A DNA stretch of 64,000 nt, taken from an uncultured Bacteroidales bacterium (GTDB taxonomy: Bacteria; Bacteroidota; Bacteroidia; Bacteroidales; F082). Of the stretch, positions 28,591 to 37,631 are shown piece by piece. Location: the NCBI GenBank assembly GCA_900318465.1, contig ONKQ01000007.1, forward strand, positions 4,437-68,436, read 5' to 3'. Below the pieces are notes generated by a model. It was not told the origin of the DNA, did no database searches, and saw only the letters and a list, made by a program, of their open reading frames with translations. Each line of letters opens with the position of its first letter. Position 1 is the first letter of the stretch. Both the position numbers and the translations under genes were made by a program.

Positions 28591-30222
28591 ATGGAATTGA
28601 AAGAACGTATTGGCCAGATGATTCAAGACAGGGAGTCGGCGGAATTGGAGTTCAAGTCGGCAAAAGGTGGTTTCCCGAGGTCGTTTTGGGAATCTTATTC
28701 CGCTTTGGCCAACACGGATGGCGGCACCATCGTTTTGGGTGTGGCCGAAAAAGAAGGTCGGTTTGTTCCGGATGGCCTGAGCGAGGAGCAGATTGAGCAA
28801 TACAAGAAGCATTTCTGGACCAATGTCAACAACCGCAACACGGTGAGCGTCAATCTGATGAGCAATAGGGATGTAGTGGAGTGTGAGCACGAAGGGGCGC
28901 GTTTCCTGCTGTTTTATGTGCCTCGTGCCGACAGGGAGCAAAGGCCAGTGTATCTTACGCCTCAACCTTACCGAAACACTTTCAAGCGTTACGACGAGGG
29001 CGACTTTGTGTGTGATGATGGCGAGGTGCGGCGGATGTTTGCCGATGCCGACAAGTCGAGGCCTGCCGATTCGCGCATTTTGGAAGGCTACAGTTGGAGC
29101 GACATCGACCGCGATTCGTTCAACCAGTTCAGGCTGTTGTTTGGCGTGGCCAAGCCCGACCATCCTTGGTTGGCCAGCAACGACCAGGAACTGATGCGGC
29201 TTTTGGGCGGTTACCGCAAAGACCACAGGACGGGCAGGGAAGGCTTCACATTGGCGGGCTTGCTGATGTTTGGCAAAACGGAAAGCATCACCGACCCAGA
29301 ATGTTGCCCGTACTATATGGTTGACTATCGGGAAATTCCCCAAGACGACAGCAAAATCAGATGGATTGACCGTGTTTATCCCGATGGCACTTGGGAAGCC
29401 AATTTGTTTCAGTTCTATCGCCGAGTGTTGCCCAAGTTGCAGAACGCCATTCCCAGACCTTTCAGAATGGAGGGCAACACACGCATGGACAACAGTCCCG
29501 CCCACGATGCCCTTCGTGAGGCTTTGGTGAATTTCATCGTTCATGCTTATTATTCCACCGAGGCAGCGTTGGTCATCACGCGCTGGCCCGACAGGATAGT
29601 TTTCTCCAATCCAGGAACGCTTCTGATTAGTCGGGGACAGTTCTATTTGGGCGGCGAGAGCGAGTGCCGCAACCCTTCGCTGCAAAGGATGTTCATGATG
29701 TTGGGCGATGCGGAAAAGGCGGGAGGCGGAACATCCAAAATCATCAATGGCTGGAAATGGCTTGGCTTAGAAGCACCTTATATCAAAGAAAAGCACAAAC
29801 CTGACAAGGTGGAGCTTTATGTGATATTGAAAACCTCTGACATTTCCGAAAAAAATATGGAAAGAAACGGAGAAAAGGTGGAAAGAACGGATGAAAATAT
29901 GGAAAGAAATGAGGAAAAGGTGGAAAGAAACGAGGAAAATATGGAAAGAAACGAAGAGAATATGGAAAGAAACGAGGAAAATATGGAAAGAACAGAGAAA
30001 AAGGTGGAAAGAAAAAAAGGTACGGCCTTACAACAGAAAATCATAGCGTTCTGTTCCGATTGGAAACTTACTTCAGAGATTGCAGATTATGTAAAAAGAG
30101 ATGGCAAATATCTGTTAAATTTTGTTCTCCCGAAAATGGTGGCTGAAGGAAAACTTGAACTAAAATACCCCGAATCGAAAAAACACCGTAATCAAATGTA
30201 TCGCAAAAAAAATCAACAATAA
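28591..30222 (+). CDS. AlbA_2 (Schlafen-like, divergent AAA_4) plus HATPase_c_4-type putative DNA-binding regulator, often mis-annotated as RecG-like
   Basis: ORF 28513..30222. Preferred start is MELKERIGQMIQDRESAELEFKSAKGG. ...NTDGGTIVLGV is typical of AlbA_2. The C-terminal part contains a 7-aa reiteration (MERNEEN)n followed by a winged-helix-like tail. Confidence 0.7.
   Translation: MELKERIGQMIQDRESAELEFKSAKGGFPRSFWESYSALANTDGGTIVLGVAEKEGRFVPDGLSEEQIEQYKKHFWTNVNNRNTVSVNLMSNRDVVECEHEGARFLLFYVPRADREQRPVYLTPQPYRNTFKRYDEGDFVCDDGEVRRMFADADKSRPADSRILEGYSWSDIDRDSFNQFRLLFGVAKPDHPWLASNDQELMRLLGGYRKDHRTGREGFTLAGLLMFGKTESITDPECCPYYMVDYREIPQDDSKIRWIDRVYPDGTWEANLFQFYRRVLPKLQNAIPRPFRMEGNTRMDNSPAHDALREALVNFIVHAYYSTEAALVITRWPDRIVFSNPGTLLISRGQFYLGGESECRNPSLQRMFMMLGDAEKAGGGTSKIINGWKWLGLEAPYIKEKHKPDKVELYVILKTSDISEKNMERNGEKVERTDENMERNEEKVERNEENMERNEENMERNEENMERTEKKVERKKGTALQQKIIAFCSDWKLTSEIADYVKRDGKYLLNFVLPKMVAEGKLELKYPESKKHRNQMYRKKNQQ
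29857..30020 (+). repeat. 21-bp in-frame tandem repeat, about 7.5 copies (encodes [MV]ERNEE[NK])
   Basis: Units: atggaaagaaacggagaaaag / gtggaaagaacggatgaaaat / atggaaagaaatgaggaaaag / ... all inside the AlbA_2 gene. Confidence 0.85.
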
Positions 30223-30252
30223 ACATTTAAACAATCAACAATTCAACATCCA

Positions 30253-32391
30253 ATGAAACGTTTATCATTACTTATCACCCTCATCCTCACGCTCGCGGTC
30301 GGCATAGCGAAGGCCGGCGAAGGTATGTGGATTCCCATGTTGCTGCAATACAACGAGAAGGAAATGCAGGAAATGGGCATGAAAATCACCGCTGAAGACA
30401 TCTACAGCATCAACCACAGTAGCCTGAAAGACGCCATCGTGCTCTTTGGCGGAGGTTGCACGGGCGAAATCGTCAGCGACCAAGGCCTGCTGCTCACCAA
30501 CCACCACTGCGGCTACGGCTACATCCAAAAGCACAGTTCCGTTGAGCACGACTACCTCACCAACGGCTTTTGGGCCATGAACCGTGGCGAGGAACTGCCT
30601 TGCCCTGACCTCAGCGTCATTTTCCTCCGCGAGATGCGCGACGTGACCAAGCAAGTGCTTGAAGGCATCACCATCGACACGCCCGAAGACGAGCGTAAGG
30701 CCAAGATTGACGAAAACATGAAGAAAATCAAGGCACAGATTGAGAAAGAGACCCAATACAAAATCAGAATCGAGCCTTTCTTCTTGGGCAATGAGTATTA
30801 TCTCATGCTCAACGAGGTCTATACCGACGTGCGCCTCGTGGGTTGTCCGCCGAGCAACATCGGCAAGTTTGGCGGCGACACCGACAATTGGGTTTGGCCG
30901 CGCCACACGGGCGATTTCAGCGTGTTCCGCGTTTATGCCGACAAGGACGGTCGCCCCGCCGACTACAGCAAGGACAATGTGCCTTACAAGCCCGCCAAGC
31001 ACCTCGAAATTTCCCTGAAAGGTGCCGAGGAAGGCGACTTCGCCTTCGTGTTCGGCTATCCCGCCCACACCAACGAATACCTGCCCGCCGTGGCCGTTGA
31101 CCAAGAGGCCAACCTCATCGACCCCATCAGGGTTGACTTGCGCGGCAAGGTGCTCGACATCTACAACAAATATCAGGAGCAAGACCCCAAGGTGCGCATC
31201 CAATATGCCGCCAAACACGCCAACATCGGCAACGGCTGGAAGAAATGGATGGGCGTGACCGAGGGCATCAACCACTTCCACGGCGTGGAGAAGAAAAACG
31301 AGTTTGAGACCCGCTTCCAGGAATGGGCCTTGGGTGCGCGCAATCGCTACATGTACATCGACCTGCTGAAAGACTTCAAGAAAAACTATTTTGATTTGAA
31401 GCCTTACGAGTTGGCTTACACCTATTTGGCCGAGGCCGGACTGCGTATTGAACTCATCAACTTTGCCGGACGTTTCGCCCGTCTTTCCGAAGTGACCAAA
31501 GACACGCCGCAAGAGGAAATCGACAAGATGATTGCTTCGTTGAAGACGGCTTCCGCCAATTTCTTCAAAGACTATTACGAACCTATTGACCGCGAAGTGG
31601 CCGCCATGTTGCTCAACGAATACTTGAAGGCCCAATCCGCCGATTTCCGTCCGGCTTTCCTCAACGAAATCAAGGACGTGGACAGTTATGTCGACAACCT
31701 GTTTAACAAGTCGATGTTTACCGACGAGGCCAAAGTGAATGATTTCTTGGACAACTTCAAGGCCAACAAAGCCAAGAAATTGGCCAACGACCCCGCTTTG
31801 AAGGTGTATCAAAGCCTCATCGGGTTCTACCGCAACGAGGTTTACGACCACATTTCGGAAATCAACACCAACATCGACCGCCTGCAACGTATCTATATGA
31901 AAGGCCAAATGGACATGCAGCCTGAGAAGCGCCTCTTCCCCGACGCCAACTTCACCCTGCGCGTCACTTACGGCAAGGTGGAAGGCTTCAAGCCGCAAGA
32001 CGGAAAAACCTACAAGCATTTCACCACGCTTGAAGGCATCATGGAGAAGGAAAACCCCGACATTTACGATTATGTGGTGGAGCCGCGCCTGAAGGAACTC
32101 TTTAATAATAAGGACTATGGCCGCTATGCCGACAAAGACGGGAAGATGCACGTTGCCTTCACCGCGAGCGTACACACCACTGGCGGCAACTCGGGCAGCC
32201 CAATCCTGAATGCCCAAGGTCAACTCTTGGGCCTCAACTTCGACCGTTGCTGGGAAGGCACGATGAGCGACCTCATCTACGACCCCGACATCTGCCGCAA
32301 CATCAGCGTCGACATTCGCTATGTGCTTTTCATCATCGACAAGTTTGCCGGTGCAGGGCATTTGATTGACGAAATGACAATTGTGGAATAA
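30253..32391 (+). CDS. dpp11: S46 family dipeptidyl-peptidase, DPP11-like (Arg at the S1 specificity position)
   Basis: 712 aa. Signal peptide, GEGMWIP, LLTNHHCG (His), TTGGNSGSP (Ser). Residue +18 from the catalytic Ser is R (..GLNFDRCWEG). Confidence 0.8.
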   Translation: MKRLSLLITLILTLAVGIAKAGEGMWIPMLLQYNEKEMQEMGMKITAEDIYSINHSSLKDAIVLFGGGCTGEIVSDQGLLLTNHHCGYGYIQKHSSVEHDYLTNGFWAMNRGEELPCPDLSVIFLREMRDVTKQVLEGITIDTPEDERKAKIDENMKKIKAQIEKETQYKIRIEPFFLGNEYYLMLNEVYTDVRLVGCPPSNIGKFGGDTDNWVWPRHTGDFSVFRVYADKDGRPADYSKDNVPYKPAKHLEISLKGAEEGDFAFVFGYPAHTNEYLPAVAVDQEANLIDPIRVDLRGKVLDIYNKYQEQDPKVRIQYAAKHANIGNGWKKWMGVTEGINHFHGVEKKNEFETRFQEWALGARNRYMYIDLLKDFKKNYFDLKPYELAYTYLAEAGLRIELINFAGRFARLSEVTKDTPQEEIDKMIASLKTASANFFKDYYEPIDREVAAMLLNEYLKAQSADFRPAFLNEIKDVDSYVDNLFNKSMFTDEAKVNDFLDNFKANKAKKLANDPALKVYQSLIGFYRNEVYDHISEINTNIDRLQRIYMKGQMDMQPEKRLFPDANFTLRVTYGKVEGFKPQDGKTYKHFTTLEGIMEKENPDIYDYVVEPRLKELFNNKDYGRYADKDGKMHVAFTASVHTTGGNSGSPILNAQGQLLGLNFDRCWEGTMSDLIYDPDICRNISVDIRYVLFIIDKFAGAGHLIDEMTIVE

Positions 32392-32398
32392 AACAAAA

Positions 32399-32426
32399 GG
32401 CGGTCGCTGATGTGACCGCCTTTTTT
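32399..32426. terminator. Bidirectional intrinsic terminator between convergent dpp11 and LRR genes
   Basis: GGCGGTC-gctgatgt-GACCGCC followed by TTTTTT, and preceded by AAAACAAAA. Confidence 0.65.
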
Positions 32427-33619
32427 CATTTGCCTTTTACCAAAACCCGTTTTGTCAAAAGCCCTTTCTTTGTTTGGATTCTGACGATATAAACACCTGC
32501 TTCATAAGGACTGAAATCATAGACAACATCGTTGCCACTTGCTGAAGTCTCGAACAACCTTTCACCCAACATATTGTAAATGCTGATGGCTTCGATGTTT
32601 TCAGCCTCAATTTGGATTATGCCGCTGGTCGGATTGGGATAGACGGTTGCCGTGTTTACATCAAGTTCTGGTACAGAGTTGCAATCATCGACGATTGTGG
32701 TGAAATAGCCATGCCAATCCGAGTTTTGGTAAGCAGGGATGCATTGGCAAGGTACAGTGAGCGTTGTGCAGGTGAATCCCTCAAACACCTCATCGAATGA
32801 AAACACAGGCGGTACCGTTGCCAAGGAAACGACTTCAGTAAAGCCACTGCATTGATAGAATGCCATTCCACCAATGCTTTCCAATGCGTTTCCAAGAGTC
32901 AGCGTATCTGTGAAACCGCTGCAATTGTTGAACGCATTAGGTTCGATACTGGTCACGGAATTAGGGATGGTCAGGGAACCGGTGAAACCTTTGCAACCCC
33001 AAAAGGCAGAAGTGCCGATGGATGTCACTGCCTCGCCGAGATCCAAACGGGAAAAACCGCTGCACCTATAAAACGCCGCTTTTTCGATGCGTTCCAAACC
33101 GTTTCCGATAGTTAGTGAGCCGGTAAAACCCTTGCAACCATAGAATGAAGCCGTCTCCATGACCTTCACCGAATTGGGAATAGTCAGTGAGCCAGTAAGA
33201 CCTTTGCAGCCATAAAATGCTGCGGATGCTATGGTGTCCACGGAGTTGCCAAGGTCTAATTCAGTCAATCCGCTGCAACCCAAGAATGCGTTTTCACCGA
33301 GATAGGTCACCGAATTGGGAATGGTCAAGAGACCTGTCAGGCTTCCGCACGATATGAAAGCGTTTTTCCCAATCCTGGTCACGGCATAGTTGTTCCCATT
33401 ATAACTGATGCTTGTCGGGATGTTTATCTCACCAGTCGCTGAAGGGCCGTCGATATGACTCATAATCGTTACGGAAACACCGTCATCATTGATTTGGTAA
33501 TAAAAACTTCCTACGGGGAAAACTTCTTGTGCGTTCAGATGCGTTGTCCCCATGATGCCCAAAAAAAGAACGGATAGGACAGCGCATACTGCTTTTTTGC
33601 ATGATGAATCGCTTTTCAT
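32426..33619 (-). CDS. BspA-type leucine-rich repeat surface protein with T9SS C-terminal sorting domain
   Basis: 397 aa. Signal peptide. About 23-aa repeats (F.GC.G(L/F)TG.LTIPNSV..I...AF). C-terminus VYPNPTSGIIQIEA...GVYIVRIQTKKGLLTKRVLVKGK. Confidence 0.8.
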   Translation of the reverse strand: MKSDSSCKKAVCAVLSVLFLGIMGTTHLNAQEVFPVGSFYYQINDDGVSVTIMSHIDGPSATGEINIPTSISYNGNNYAVTRIGKNAFISCGSLTGLLTIPNSVTYLGENAFLGCSGLTELDLGNSVDTIASAAFYGCKGLTGSLTIPNSVKVMETASFYGCKGFTGSLTIGNGLERIEKAAFYRCSGFSRLDLGEAVTSIGTSAFWGCKGFTGSLTIPNSVTSIEPNAFNNCSGFTDTLTLGNALESIGGMAFYQCSGFTEVVSLATVPPVFSFDEVFEGFTCTTLTVPCQCIPAYQNSDWHGYFTTIVDDCNSVPELDVNTATVYPNPTSGIIQIEAENIEAISIYNMLGERLFETSASGNDVVYDFSPYEAGVYIVRIQTKKGLLTKRVLVKGK

Positions 33620-33654
33620 AATGTGTGGAAAATCTTCTTTTCAAATAGGGTTTA

Positions 33655-34218
33655 TTACTTCCCGAACAGGCTTCCCAAGCCGCCCAGGATGTCGGGCTTG
33701 CCGTCGCCGTCCTTGTCCTTCATGGCTGCGCCGAGGATGCTGCCGAGGCCGCCGCTTTGCTGACCGCCACCGAGGAGGCCACCCAGCAAACCAGCAAGGC
33801 CAGCCGCGCCGGAATTGCCGTTCTGCTTGCCCAAGAGGGCGAGGATACTCGGGGCAATGGAGGCGAGGATGTTGCTCACTGCATTGGAAGCCACGCCTGT
33901 CTTTTGAGAGATGCCGCCAAGCACATTGGAGAGGTTGCCGCCAAAGATGTGGCCCAGAATCTTGGAGCCGTCTGTGAGGTCGGCCCCCTTCAGGTTGCTG
34001 ATGATGTTGCCCGCGTTGCCGGCATGGTCGCCCAAGGCCTTGGCCAAGGCTGCCGCGCCGCCTTTGGTGGAGGCGTTCTGTTGCATCGCGCCCATAATGG
34101 ACGGCAAAGCATTAGTGATGACCGAAGACACTTGCTTCGAGTCGAGGTTGAATTTTTCTGCGATTGTGCCGACGGCATCGTTGCCCGTCAATGCACCTAA
34201 GATGTTGGTAATGTCCAT
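33655..34218 (-). CDS. DUF937 domain protein
   Basis: 187 aa. MDITNILGALTGNDAVGTIAEKFNLDSKQVSSVI... and Gly/Ala/Leu-rich repeats typical of DUF937. Confidence 0.7.
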   Translation of the reverse strand: MDITNILGALTGNDAVGTIAEKFNLDSKQVSSVITNALPSIMGAMQQNASTKGGAAALAKALGDHAGNAGNIISNLKGADLTDGSKILGHIFGGNLSNVLGGISQKTGVASNAVSNILASIAPSILALLGKQNGNSGAAGLAGLLGGLLGGGQQSGGLGSILGAAMKDKDGDGKPDILGGLGSLFGK

Positions 34219-34308
34219 GATTTTACGATTTTATGTTAATATTGAGCTAATTAAGTAATGGCCGCCCCCTTGAGGAGCGACCATTACTAAAAGGCATTCG
34301 ACGATGTC

Positions 34309-35607
34309 TTACCAAGCAAACAGCGGGTAATCCTTCATCATCTTGTTCACCTCGGCGCGGACGGCGGCAATCTTGGCCTCCGAAGCGGTCTTGGTTTCGG
34401 GGTTGATGTCGGCAATGACATCGTCAATCATGTCGACGATGAGCGGCATCTTGTCTTCCTTCAGGCCACGGGTGGTGATGGCCGGTGTGCCGACGCGCAG
34501 ACCGGAAGTCAGGAACGGCGAGCGGCTGTCGAAGGGCACCATGTTCTTGTTGACGGTGATGTCCGCCAAGACGAGGGTGTTTTCGACCATCTTACCAGTA
34601 ATTTCCGGGAACTTGCCGCGCAGGTCGATGAGCATCGAGTGGTTGTCGGTACCGCCGCTGATGACTTGGTAACCTTTGTTGACAAAGGCATCAGCCATCA
34701 CGCTGGCGTTCTTCTTCACTTGGAGGATGTATTCCTTGTACTCGTCGCTGAGGGCTTCGCCGAAAGCAACGGCCTTGGAGGCAATGACATGCTCAAGCGG
34801 ACCGCCTTGGATGCCCGGGAACACGGCGCTGTTAATCAAAGCTGACATCATCTTCACTTCGCCCTTCGGGGTCTTGCGGCCACGCGGGTCTTCGAAGTCG
34901 TGACGGATGAGGATCATGCCGCCGCGAGGTCCACGTAAGGTCTTGTGGGTCGTGGTGGTGATGATGTGGCAGTACTCAAGCGGGTCGTTCAAGAGGCCCT
35001 TGGCGATGAGGCCGGCAGGGTGGCTGACGTCGGCCATGAGGACGGCGCCCACTTGGTCGGCGATGGCGCGCATACGCTTGTAGTCCCAGTCGCGGCTGTA
35101 GGCCGAAGCACCGGCAATGATGAGTTTAGGCTTGCACTCGAGGGCAATCTTCTCCATCTCATCGTAGTCGACGCGACCAGTTTCCTTGGCAACGTGGTAG
35201 GCGACGGGTTTGTAGAGCATACCCGAAGCGTTGACCGGGCTGCCGTGTGAGAGGTGACCGCCGTGCGAGAGGTCGAGGCCCATGAAGGTGTCGCCGGGTT
35301 CAAGCAGGGCTTGCATGACAGCCATGTTAGCCTGTGCGCCCGAGTGGGGTTGTACATTGGCGAAGGTGGCATTGAACAGTTGGCAGGCGCGGTCGATGGC
35401 GATTTGCTCGCTTTGGTCGACGATTTGGCAGCCGCCGTAGTAACGCTTGCCGGGATAACCCTCGGCGTATTTGTTGGTCATGACAGAACCCATGGCCTCT
35501 AAAACTTGCTCACTGACAAAGTTTTCCGAAGCGATGAGTTCGATTCCGTGCATCTGACGCTCTTTCTCTTGGCGAATCAGATCAAAGATTTTTTCGTCTC
35601 TTTTCAT
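34309..35607 (-). CDS. glyA: Serine hydroxymethyltransferase
   Basis: ORF 34309..35709 trimmed to ATG 35607 ([30 protein letters not shown]). PLP-lysine context [14 protein letters not shown]. Confidence 0.93.
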   Translation of the reverse strand: MKRDEKIFDLIRQEKERQMHGIELIASENFVSEQVLEAMGSVMTNKYAEGYPGKRYYGGCQIVDQSEQIAIDRACQLFNATFANVQPHSGAQANMAVMQALLEPGDTFMGLDLSHGGHLSHGSPVNASGMLYKPVAYHVAKETGRVDYDEMEKIALECKPKLIIAGASAYSRDWDYKRMRAIADQVGAVLMADVSHPAGLIAKGLLNDPLEYCHIITTTTHKTLRGPRGGMILIRHDFEDPRGRKTPKGEVKMMSALINSAVFPGIQGGPLEHVIASKAVAFGEALSDEYKEYILQVKKNASVMADAFVNKGYQVISGGTDNHSMLIDLRGKFPEITGKMVENTLVLADITVNKNMVPFDSRSPFLTSGLRVGTPAITTRGLKEDKMPLIVDMIDDVIADINPETKTASEAKIAAVRAEVNKMMKDYPLFAW

Positions 35608-35703
35608 TGGTGTTGAATTGTTTATTCGTTGATTGTTTAATTGTTGTTCTTTTTGACGCGGGACTTCGCGACGCGAGACTGCGAGTCTTTCTGAAACGCT
35701 TTG

Positions 35704-35778
35704 CGTCATCGCGAGGAACGAAGCGATCCAGATTATTAATCCTATTGTCTGGATTACTTCACTACGTTCACAATAACG
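35704..35778. repeat. REP-like imperfect inverted repeat (arms 35704-35731 and 35749-35778)
   Basis: CGTCATCGCGAGGAACGAAGCGATCCAG ... CTGGATTACTTCACTACGTTCACAATAACG. Several mismatches are C.A on plus, which is G.U on minus. Confidence 0.6.
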
Positions 35779-35849
35779 CGAAGTGACCCTTATTCCGCTG
35801 CAAAGTTGCGAAATTTTATTGAGTCTGCGACAAAAAATCTAACTTTTAC

Positions 35850-35857
35850 TATTTTTG
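35850..35857 (+). promoter_or_regulatory. Bacteroidota-type -7 promoter box (TAnnTTTG)
   Basis: TATTTTTG, 23 nt upstream of ATG 35881. Confidence 0.5.
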
Positions 35858-35880
35858 TCAGCACAAAAATCATCACTCCA

Positions 35881-37539
35881 ATGAAAAACAAGTCTTTTTT
35901 TGCACTTTTGATGGCTTTAATCTTGGCCTCAACCTTCTCTTGCAAGCACCATCCCAAAACAGTTGAATCAACTATCGACTATGCCGATACCACCTATTGG
36001 TACAGCTGCGGCGACGAAAGCCACACCGCCGACGTGTTCTATGTGTATCCAACCGTGTCAACCATTTCCTATAAGGACAATGGCTCCTCGTGGTTTGCCG
36101 ACATCACTCTGCCCGTTGTACGTGAGGAAGCCAATGGCAACCAACGTTTTAACAAGATGCTTTACGGTGAATACAACTTCTACGCGCCCTATTACCGCCA
36201 AATGATTTTTGAAGCTTATCAGCAGCCTGACCATGTGTTGGACTCATTAGCCCAAATTGCGGCAAAAGATGTCTACGATGCTTTTCAATACTATATGGCA
36301 CATTACAATCACGGTCGTCCCTTCTTCCTGATGGGTCACAGCCAAGGCTCGCAGGTACTTATCGAGCTGCTGAAACGCGGCATGACCAAGGAGCAACGGA
36401 AGCAGATGGTGGCAGCCTATTGCATTGGTTATCATGTTTCTGCGGAAGAATTGGCCGAGTATCCAGAGGCCTTGAAACCCGCTACGGACAGCCTTATGCA
36501 AGGTTTGGTCATCTTCAACTCCGTGACCGATACTACGGCCATCGGCATGGTCTCACGCGGCGATGTGGTGGGCGTCAACCCCACAACTTGGACGATGTCA
36601 ACCGACACCATTCCCGCCGAGTTCCATCTGGGCATGGCCAAATACAACAAAGCCCGCGACAGCGTTCTCATCGTGCCCTGCCCGACAAGGACATGGCTTT
36701 ATAACCACACCACCGTTTGTCCCGACCTCGACCCCGAAATGGTCTTTGTCCCCGCTTACGAGAAGATGTTCCCAAAGGGCAACCTCCACTTTGCTGATTC
36801 ATGGCTATTTGGTGGGAATGTTTTGGAGAATATGCGGTGCAGGTTGCGTTTTTTTGAGAGGTCACGTCAGGTACTAATAATGAGTTATAACGTTCAGCAT
36901 TGCGCTGGTATGGATAAGAAAATTGACTACGACCGCACCGCCGAGGTGATACGGAAACAACAGCCTGATATAGTGACTCTTCAGGAGTTGGACAGCATGA
37001 CGGCGCGAAGCAAACAGCATGACCAATTGGGTGAGTTGGCCAATCGCACATCGTATTATCCTGTTTTCGGGAGTGCCATCGACTTCGACGGAGGCAAATA
37101 CGGAGTGGGCATCCTTACCCGTGAACGTCCTTTGAGCACAAAACGCATTCCTTTGCCTGGCGAAGAGCCTCGTGTGTTGTTGGTTGCGGAATTGCAAAAT
37201 TATGTAATAGCTTGTACCCACTTTGATTTAGAAGAGGAGCATCGATTGGCCTCTGTCCCGCTCATCGTGGCCGAGGCACAGCGTTGGCAGAAGCCTTTCA
37301 TCCTTGCCGGCGACTGGAATGACACCCTTGGTTCAAAACTGATGAATGGGATGACAGAGTATTTTACCCTCAATTCGGGTACAAAAGCTACTTTCCCTGC
37401 CGACAAACCACAGGAATGTCTTGATTATATTGCGTCATTCAAAGAACGATCTGCAACAACGTTGGAATATGATGTGATGGACGAGCCTTCGGCATCCGAC
37501 CATCGTCCTATAGCGGCCCGGCTACGTCTGCCGCTATAG
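35881..37539 (+). CDS. Lipoprotein fusing a DUF3089-like alpha/beta-hydrolase domain to an endonuclease/exonuclease/phosphatase (EEP) domain
   Basis: ORF 35806..37539 trimmed to MKNKSFFALLMALILASTFSC (lipobox). Nucleophile elbow FLMGHSQGS in the N-terminal ~340 aa. The C-terminal ~235 aa is EEP-like (IMSYNVQH..., LQELD, GDWN, SDHRPIAARLRL). Confidence 0.7.
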   Translation: MKNKSFFALLMALILASTFSCKHHPKTVESTIDYADTTYWYSCGDESHTADVFYVYPTVSTISYKDNGSSWFADITLPVVREEANGNQRFNKMLYGEYNFYAPYYRQMIFEAYQQPDHVLDSLAQIAAKDVYDAFQYYMAHYNHGRPFFLMGHSQGSQVLIELLKRGMTKEQRKQMVAAYCIGYHVSAEELAEYPEALKPATDSLMQGLVIFNSVTDTTAIGMVSRGDVVGVNPTTWTMSTDTIPAEFHLGMAKYNKARDSVLIVPCPTRTWLYNHTTVCPDLDPEMVFVPAYEKMFPKGNLHFADSWLFGGNVLENMRCRLRFFERSRQVLIMSYNVQHCAGMDKKIDYDRTAEVIRKQQPDIVTLQELDSMTARSKQHDQLGELANRTSYYPVFGSAIDFDGGKYGVGILTRERPLSTKRIPLPGEEPRVLLVAELQNYVIACTHFDLEEEHRLASVPLIVAEAQRWQKPFILAGDWNDTLGSKLMNGMTEYFTLNSGTKATFPADKPQECLDYIASFKERSATTLEYDVMDEPSASDHRPIAARLRLPL

Positions 37540-37602
37540 ATGATGTCAGAGATTTTTCGAACATTTTTCGGTGAATAGTCTGTTTATTCCCCGTTTTTCC
37601 CG

Positions 37603-37610
37603 TATTTTTG
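37603..37610 (+). promoter_or_regulatory. Bacteroidota-type -7 promoter box (TAnnTTTG)
   Basis: TATTTTTG, 21 nt upstream of ATG 37632. Confidence 0.5.
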
Positions 37611-37631
37611 CGCCTCAAAACTGAAGCAACG

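Noticed and set aside
29857-30020. Tandem repeats as a CRISPR array. The same idea was considered for 63397..63553.
   Set aside because: The units are contiguous with no unique spacers. The periods are 21 and 7 nt. One array is in frame inside a CDS. No cas genes are present.
27358-30252. A prophage or integrative element carrying the BRO-N gene.
   Set aside because: No integrase, excisionase, capsid, portal or terminase genes are present, and no tRNA target. The insertion holds only two genes, so I describe it as an accessory islet.
30268-32361. 697-aa ORF antisense to almost the whole dpp11 gene. A similar 562-aa ORF at 61797..63485 lies antisense to dpp7.
   Set aside because: Both are codon-aligned with the sense frame (30268-30253=15 and 61797-61248=549, both multiples of 3). 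They stay open simply because the sense genes lack TTA, CTA and TCA codons. The translations are V/G/A/H/D-rich with no motifs, whereas the sense strands carry unmistakable S46 motifs.
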